A model generated the notes under the pieces. It had not been told where the DNA came from. It ran no database searches and saw only the letters and a list, made by a program, of their open reading frames with translations. From positions 1 to 62,679 of the forward strand of contig CAMBDK010000003.1 of assembly GCA_945865315.1 (NCBI GenBank): 62,679 bases of DNA. Reading direction: 5' to 3'. The DNA is from Chitinophaga pinensis. Its GTDB lineage: Bacteria; Bacteroidota; Bacteroidia; 2-12-FULL-35-15. The position numbers were made by a program, and so were the translations under genes. Positions 57,220 to 62,679 of this stretch are shown one piece after another; positions within the stretch are counted from its first letter, which is position 1; every line of letters begins with the position of its first letter.

Positions 57220-58452
57220 TTATGCTTTATATTGCTTTCTGGCAGGTTTACGATCTTTCATAAAATTATTTTTTTTCTTTACAAAAGGTCTTTTGTTTTT
57301 TAATTCAGGTAAATACGCTGGCCCGGGGCTAAAATTAGAAGGTAAAGGTATTTTTTTTACCTCTGTTCCAAGCAATGTTTCTATTTGAAAAAACTTTTGT
57401 TGGTCATATTCATTTATAAATGTTAAGGCAACTCCTGCAGCAGCAGCCCTGGCTGTGCGGCCAATGCGATGGATATAATCTTCGGCATCTCCCGGCACAT
57501 CATAATTTATTACTAAACCAATATCTTCAATATCAATACCCCTTGAAAGAATATCGGTGGCAACTAAAATTTGAATTTTTTTACTTCTGAAATTTCGTAA
57601 TACCTCTTCCCTTTCCGGCTGCTCCAAATCCGAGTGAATAGCTTTTGCTTTTAAGCCCGATTTTTGCATGTCACGTTCCAACTCCTTTACTTTTATTTTT
57701 GTTGAAACAAAAATAATAACGCTCGAAATTTCTTTCCCTTCAAGTACTGATTTAATTAAATTATTTTTTTGAGTATCATATACCAAATATGCTCCCTGAA
57801 TAACGCCGTCTGCTGGTTTTGAAATAGCGATGCTGATATGTTCCGGGTTTACTAAAAGGGTATTAGCAAGCACCCTTATTTTATTTGGCATGGTTGCTGA
57901 GAACATCAATGTTTGTCTTACTTTTGGCAGATAGCTGCTGATTTTTAATATGTCGTCGACAAATCCCATGTCCAACATTCTATCGGCTTCGTCTAATATT
58001 AAGTGTTCGAGTTTATCTAGCTTCACATAACCCATATTTAAGTGTGCCATCAAACGGCCCGGAGTAGCAATAATAACGTTTGCTCCCTCCGACAAAGCTC
58101 TTTTTTCCTTTTCAAAAACACTCCCATCGCTGCCACCGTAAATAGCAATTGAACTTACGGAGGTGAAATATGAGAAGCCTTGCAAAGCCTGGTCTATCTG
58201 TAAAGCCAATTCTCTAGTAGGTACAATAATTAATGTATTAGTAGAGTCGGTTGGTTTTAGTGCCAAATTATTTAATATAGGAAGCAGAAAAGCCGCCGTT
58301 TTGCCCGTTCCTGTTTGCGCGCAGCCAATTAAATCTTTATTAAGTTGTATGATTGGTATAGCCTGTTCTTGAATTGGAGTAGGTGTTTCAAATCCCATTG
58401 AATCAAGACCCTCCTGGAGAGTACACTCAAAATTAAAATCGCTGAATTTCAA
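57220..58452 (-). CDS. DEAD-box ATP-dependent RNA helicase (RhlE-like) with a basic C-terminal tail
   Basis: It carries the Q-motif region GFETPTPIQ, then AQTGTGKT, PTRELA, DEAD, SAT and HRIGRTAR. Confidence 0.9.
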   Translation of the reverse strand: MKFSDFNFECTLQEGLDSMGFETPTPIQEQAIPIIQLNKDLIGCAQTGTGKTAAFLLPILNNLALKPTDSTNTLIIVPTRELALQIDQALQGFSYFTSVSSIAIYGGSDGSVFEKEKRALSEGANVIIATPGRLMAHLNMGYVKLDKLEHLILDEADRMLDMGFVDDILKISSYLPKVRQTLMFSATMPNKIRVLANTLLVNPEHISIAISKPADGVIQGAYLVYDTQKNNLIKSVLEGKEISSVIIFVSTKIKVKELERDMQKSGLKAKAIHSDLEQPEREEVLRNFRSKKIQILVATDILSRGIDIEDIGLVINYDVPGDAEDYIHRIGRTARAAAAGVALTFINEYDQQKFFQIETLLGTEVKKIPLPSNFSPGPAYLPELKNKRPFVKKKNNFMKDRKPARKQYKA

Positions 58453-59010
58453 ATTTAGTTTTTTTTTGCAAAGGTAAATTATTAATTACGATAATCCTTT
58501 ATTAATTAGGGAAATTCAATTGTTTTTTATGGCATTATATTTTTAATTGCTTTTTAAAACATAATGTTAGCACTTGCAAAATTGAAATGCAAGCATTTTT
58601 ATGTGCGCTGGTATTTTACAAAAACCATTTCAATTTCTTAAGGTTCAATCAATAATTGTACAGTGCAAAAATATATATAAGTTATTGAATTTAAACAAGT
58701 TGGTGTTTTTTGGCATTGTAATACTGCTTAAACTTGCTCATCAAGTAATTAACAAGTTTTAAAATTACTATTTGCGTACAGAAATAAAATAAAAAGCATT
58801 GTTGAGTTTGAATTAAATTATCATACATTTGTATTTAATTGTAAAAATTAACTTGTTTTCATGTTAATAGTTTATAGTTTCTCTAATTAGAGCAATTGTT
58901 TTACATTAGTTTATGGTTTATTTTTCTGTTGTCTGGAAATAAAATGTCTGTAATTTTTCATTAAACTCATTTGCTTTTCGCAAAATGAAAATGAATATAA
59001 AATAAATAGG

Positions 59011-59898
59011 ATGAATAAGATAGTTTTTTTATTGCTAATTATTATTAAAGTTACTCAGGGTCAAACCTTTCAGTTGGTAAATAACGATACCATTAATCTT
59101 ACCGATAGCTTGGGAAAGAAACAAGGGCAATGGATTATTTTAAATAAAATGGTTAACAAACTTTGTTTTACTGACGAACAAAAAGTAGAGGAGGGGGTGT
59201 TTTCAAATTCAAGGAAGACAGGTGTTTGGACTGAATATTACTGTAATAATAACATGAAAAGCAAAATTACGTACGAAAATAATCGACCTTCTGGTTATGC
59301 TATCATGTATCACGATAATGGTAAAATTAAAGAAGAGGGCTTGTGGAAGAATAACAGATGGGTGGGGGATTACAAATTATATTATGAAAACGGGCAGGTG
59401 CAACAATCATTTAAATTTAACACTACCGGTAAACGCGAGGGAGATCAAAAATATTTTTGGGAAAATGGTCAGGTAATGATCGAAGGTAGCTGGGCAGAAG
59501 GAAAAGAAGCGGGCTTATTGAAAGAATATTATGAAAATGGAGATTTGAAATCTGAGAAAAATTTTGCCGAAGGCTTTTTAGATATAGCAACAGTAAAATC
59601 CTTTGAACCCAAAAAACCTATCGTGCCCGAAATAGTTAAAGAGGTGGCAGAAGATCCAATAAAGGTTGCTGCACTGGTTGTACAAAAAACAGAAGCGGTT
59701 AATGTCGGGAAACCTTTTACTGGTGAAGGGTATTTCAAGCTTTATAATATGAATAAACAGGTATCGAAGGATGGTGTCTTTCATAAAAATAAATTAATAG
59801 ATGGCAAGGTTTTTACGTATAACACAAATGGTATATTAATTCGAATATCTCTTTATAAAAAGGGTAAATATGTTGGAGATGGTATTATTGAAGAATAA
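59011..59898 (+). CDS. Secreted MORN-variant repeat (YwqK-like repeat) protein
   Basis: It has a signal peptide (MNKIVFLLLIIIKVTQGQ). The repeats take the form G.W..YY.NG..K.E..Y.NN...G (GVWTEYYCNNNMKSKITYENNRPSG, YHDNGKIKEEGLWKNNRWVG, YYENGQVQQSF, FWENGQVMIEGSW, YYENGDLKSEKNF). Confidence 0.7.
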   Translation: MNKIVFLLLIIIKVTQGQTFQLVNNDTINLTDSLGKKQGQWIILNKMVNKLCFTDEQKVEEGVFSNSRKTGVWTEYYCNNNMKSKITYENNRPSGYAIMYHDNGKIKEEGLWKNNRWVGDYKLYYENGQVQQSFKFNTTGKREGDQKYFWENGQVMIEGSWAEGKEAGLLKEYYENGDLKSEKNFAEGFLDIATVKSFEPKKPIVPEIVKEVAEDPIKVAALVVQKTEAVNVGKPFTGEGYFKLYNMNKQVSKDGVFHKNKLIDGKVFTYNTNGILIRISLYKKGKYVGDGIIEE

Positions 59899-60020
59899 TA
59901 AACAGCAATAAAAATCTTACTTGTATAGCCTTTACCCCCATCGTTCTATATTTTTTCCATTTATAAATTTTAATATTGTTTTCTTAGGATTAATATTTTT
60001 TCTTTTCCCTTCATTTTTTT

Positions 60021-61493
60021 ATGGATAACAATCTGTTTATTTTCAATACCCTTACTAGAACCAAAGAAAAGTTTGAGCCAATTAGTAAAGGCCTTGTAGG
60101 CTTATATGTATGTGGGCCAACGGTATATAGTGATGTACACCTAGGGAATTGTCGAACATTTATTTCCTTCGACCTTATTTATCGTTATCTATTATATTTA
60201 GGGTTTAAAATACGTTATGTTCGTAATATTACAGATGCCGGTCATTTGGAAGGAGATCGCGATGAAGGCGATGATAAGTTTGAAAAAAAGGCAAGGTTGG
60301 AACAATTGGAACCCATGGAGATTGTACAAAAATATACAATTGGTTTTCATGATGTAATGCGAGCATTCAACAATATGCCGCCCAATATTGAACCCACAGC
60401 AACGGGGCATATTTGTGAGCAAATTGAAATGATAAAACAAATTATTGAAAATAAATTTGCCTATGAAGTTAATGGTACTGTTTATTTTGATGTTGAAAAA
60501 TATAATAAAGAGTTTTCTTATGGTATGCTCACTAATCGTTTACTGGACGACCTCATAGCAAATACACGCGAACTTAGCGGGCAAGATGAAAAACGGGGCC
60601 GTTTAGATTTTGCCTTATGGATAAAAGCCAAGCCGGAACAAATTATGCGTTGGCCTTCCCCATGGGGCTGGGGTTTCCCTGGTTGGCACATTGAATGTTC
60701 TGCAATGAGTAGTAAATATTTAGGCGACACATTTGATATACATGGCGGAGGAATGGATTTGCAAGCCACTCACCATACCAACGAAATAGCGCAATCACAA
60801 GCATGTAATCACAAGGCGCCGGTTAAGTATTGGATGCATACCAATATGCTCACTGTTAATGGCGTAAGGATGTCCAAAACGGCAGGCAACGGATTTTTGC
60901 CCGGGGAATTATTTACAGGTGAGCACCCATTATTAGAAAAAGGTTATAGCCCCATGGCTGTCCGTTTCTTTATGATGCAAACGCATTATAGAAGCACCCT
61001 CGACTTCTCAAATGAAGCACTACAGGCCTCTGAAAAAGGTTACGCACGTTTAATGGCTTCGCTAAAAACACTCGACAGTTTAAAGCCATCCGATACATCT
61101 AATTTGAATATCAAGGAGATTGAAAAAAAATGCATGGATGCTATGAATGATGATTTTAATACACCCATTTTAATAGCTTGTTTGTTCGACTGCGCACGTA
61201 TAATTAATTCGGTAAACGATAATAAAGAAAAAATTACTATCGAGGACATTGCAATACTTAAAAAACTGATGCATGGATTCATATTTGATGTGCTGGGATT
61301 AAAACAGGAAGCCTTTGAAAGCAATAGCAATAAGGTGTTGCATGGGGTAATGGAAATAATTTTGGACATAAGAAATGAAATAAAGTTAAAGAAGGATTTT
61401 ATTGCATCTGACAAGCTGCGTAATGATTTAAGTAAAATAAATATTTCTATTAAAGACACGAAAGAAACCACTATTTGGTCTGTAGAGCAATAA
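60021..61493 (+). CDS. cysS: Cysteine--tRNA ligase
   Basis: It has a class I HIGH-type motif (HLGNCRTF), a KMSKS-type motif (RMSKTAGN), and the blocks WHIECSAMS and GGMDLQATHHTNEIAQS. Confidence 0.9.
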   Translation: MDNNLFIFNTLTRTKEKFEPISKGLVGLYVCGPTVYSDVHLGNCRTFISFDLIYRYLLYLGFKIRYVRNITDAGHLEGDRDEGDDKFEKKARLEQLEPMEIVQKYTIGFHDVMRAFNNMPPNIEPTATGHICEQIEMIKQIIENKFAYEVNGTVYFDVEKYNKEFSYGMLTNRLLDDLIANTRELSGQDEKRGRLDFALWIKAKPEQIMRWPSPWGWGFPGWHIECSAMSSKYLGDTFDIHGGGMDLQATHHTNEIAQSQACNHKAPVKYWMHTNMLTVNGVRMSKTAGNGFLPGELFTGEHPLLEKGYSPMAVRFFMMQTHYRSTLDFSNEALQASEKGYARLMASLKTLDSLKPSDTSNLNIKEIEKKCMDAMNDDFNTPILIACLFDCARIINSVNDNKEKITIEDIAILKKLMHGFIFDVLGLKQEAFESNSNKVLHGVMEIILDIRNEIKLKKDFIASDKLRNDLSKINISIKDTKETTIWSVEQ

Positions 61494-62512
61494 AATCAAA
61501 AAAAATTATAATTGTGAATAGCCACCGTAAAATACTTAAAAGCACCAAATTATTTGCCCCTTCGTTAATTGTTTTTATTCTCTTTTTTACGGCTTGTAAT
61601 AATGAGCCAAAATTAACAAGCGAGAAACCTAAAATAGACATAAGCAACCAACAAGCTACTCCTGTTTTTAATTCAGATACAGCATACGAATTTATAAAAA
61701 AACAAGTTGATTTTGGACCAAGGGTTCCGGGGACGCCTTCCCATGCAAAATGTGCCGACTACTTAGTTTTGAAATTAAAATCATACGGAATGGAAACGAC
61801 CGTTCAAAGAGGAACAGTGCAAACATTCGACAAAAATCAATTTGTTCTAAAAAATATTATCGCATCATTTAAACCTGATGCGCAAAGTCGCATATTATTA
61901 TGCGCTCATTGGGATACTCGCCCTTTTGCAGATAGCGATACAAAAGATAAAGACAAACCAATTGATGGAGCAAATGATGGCGCAAGCGGAGTTGGTATTG
62001 CATTGGAAGTTGCTCGCCAGCTGAATATTTCATCCCCAAATATTGGTGTTGACATTATATTTTTTGACATTGAAGATTATGGAACAAGCGGTAATAATGA
62101 ATCTTGGTGCTTAGGGTCTCAGTTTTGGGCGAAAAATATCCATAAAACAAATTATTATGCAAATTTCGGAATATTATTAGACATGGTGGCTGGCGCTAAT
62201 GCAACTTTTCCTAAAGAATTCAAATCGGTAGAAAATGCTTCTGCCGCTGTGGATAAAATATGGAAAACAGCAAATGATTTAGGTTTTGGGAATTATTTTT
62301 TGTCGCAAACAAAAGATTTTGTTGGTATTGACGATCATATTTATGTAAGTAGGGCCGGTATACCATGTGTTGATATTATCGAGTATAATCAATTAACAGG
62401 CGGTTTTGGTAATTATCATCACACCCACCAAGACAATATGAGCTTGGTTGACAAAAACACCCTGAATGCTGTAGGCCAAACTTTATTAGAAGTCATTTAT
62501 AAGGAAAAATGA
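61475..62512 (+). CDS. M28-family zinc peptidase-fold lipoprotein, glutaminyl-peptide cyclotransferase-like
   Basis: LLCAHWDTRPFAD, DGANDGASGVGIALEVARQL, IIFFDIEDYG and HHTHQD are present. A lipobox (LFFTAC) is present. The ATG at 61475 overlaps cysS by 19 nt, and the in-frame GTG at 61514 is an alternative start. Confidence 0.75.
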   Translation: MVCRAIKSKKIIIVNSHRKILKSTKLFAPSLIVFILFFTACNNEPKLTSEKPKIDISNQQATPVFNSDTAYEFIKKQVDFGPRVPGTPSHAKCADYLVLKLKSYGMETTVQRGTVQTFDKNQFVLKNIIASFKPDAQSRILLCAHWDTRPFADSDTKDKDKPIDGANDGASGVGIALEVARQLNISSPNIGVDIIFFDIEDYGTSGNNESWCLGSQFWAKNIHKTNYYANFGILLDMVAGANATFPKEFKSVENASAAVDKIWKTANDLGFGNYFLSQTKDFVGIDDHIYVSRAGIPCVDIIEYNQLTGGFGNYHHTHQDNMSLVDKNTLNAVGQTLLEVIYKEK

Positions 62513-62551
62513 TATCAGGGCTAAAAATATCGCCAGTCATTTAAAATTATC

Positions 62552-62679
62552 CTAAAGTTTTACCCCTATCACCAAAATATCATCTATCTGCGTTGTATTT
62601 CCTTTCCACTCGGTATGAGCAGCAGCAAAGTGTTCCTTTTGTTTTTGCATGCTGAGGTGTTGGTTGCTCAATATTAATT
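62552..62679 (-). CDS. C-terminal end of a second PP2C/SpoIIE-family phosphatase domain protein (5' partial, enters from the window edge)
   Basis: The reverse-strand translation ...LILSNQHLSMQKQKEHFAAAHTEWKGNTTQIDDILVIGVKL* has its stop at 62552-62554. It parallels the C-terminus of the partial CDS at 1-231. Confidence 0.55.
   Translation of the reverse strand, partial: LILSNQHLSMQKQKEHFAAAHTEWKGNTTQIDDILVIGVKL

Noticed and set aside
59011-59898. The MORN-variant repeat protein would commonly be auto-annotated as a 'toxin-antitoxin system YwqK family antitoxin'.
   Set aside because: It has an N-terminal signal peptide and no adjacent toxin gene, and it stands alone between long intergenic regions. 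There is no support for a TA module.
1-62679. I scanned the whole window for CRISPR arrays, IS elements/transposases, integrases, phage genes, rRNA, and known defense or toxin-antitoxin gene pairs.
   Set aside because: I found no regularly spaced direct repeats. No ORF has recombinase, transposase, nuclease-helicase defense or toxin signatures. The only mobile-element-like traces are the gene stubs and the inverted repeat reported above.

Overview
This is a visibly AT-rich chromosomal segment from a member of the Bacteroidota. It most resembles a gliding Flavobacteriia or Cytophagia-type organism, because it encodes SprA, PorP/SprF paralogs, 'gliding motility-associated' type B C-terminal sorting domains, BshA and TAnnTTTG-type promoter boxes. 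I support about 50 protein-coding genes, one tRNA-Arg(ACG), several intrinsic terminators and a few regulatory or repeat elements. I saw no rRNA, CRISPR array, transposase, integrase or phage genes.

Most of the window is housekeeping: mnmD, a GT2 polyprenol-phosphate mannosyltransferase, pyrC, bshA, selO, upp, maeB, ruvA, gcvH, rnc, dprA, cysS and a DEAD-box helicase.

Four gene clusters or groups stand out from the housekeeping genes:
1. There is a strong type IX secretion (T9SS) theme. It includes the 2453-aa SprA translocon, two type B CTD cargo proteins, a glutaminyl-cyclase-like M28 protein, and a tandem pair of PorP/SprF outer-membrane paralogs carrying long, unusual C-terminal extensions (one SPOR-like, one a charged pentapeptide-repeat/coiled-coil stalk ending in a small beta-rich module).
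2. A five-gene amino-sugar tailoring cluster spans 26.7-32.4 kb: WecB, a DUF7033/deacetylase-like protein, an AAC(3)-like protein, a deacetylase-like protein and a FemAB-like GNAT. It has no glycosyltransferase, flippase or polymerase.
3. A 1030-aa ABCG-type transporter is fused to N-terminal TerB-like and FHA-like modules.
4. A small accessory patch sits next to the tRNA. It holds an XRE regulator, a 20-bp perfect palindrome, two secreted proteins of unknown function and gene stubs.

A further item is a roughly 150-nt rod-like imperfect inverted repeat downstream of gcvH, which is a candidate structured RNA or MITE. All functional calls are from my own reading of the translated ORFs. No database search was run.
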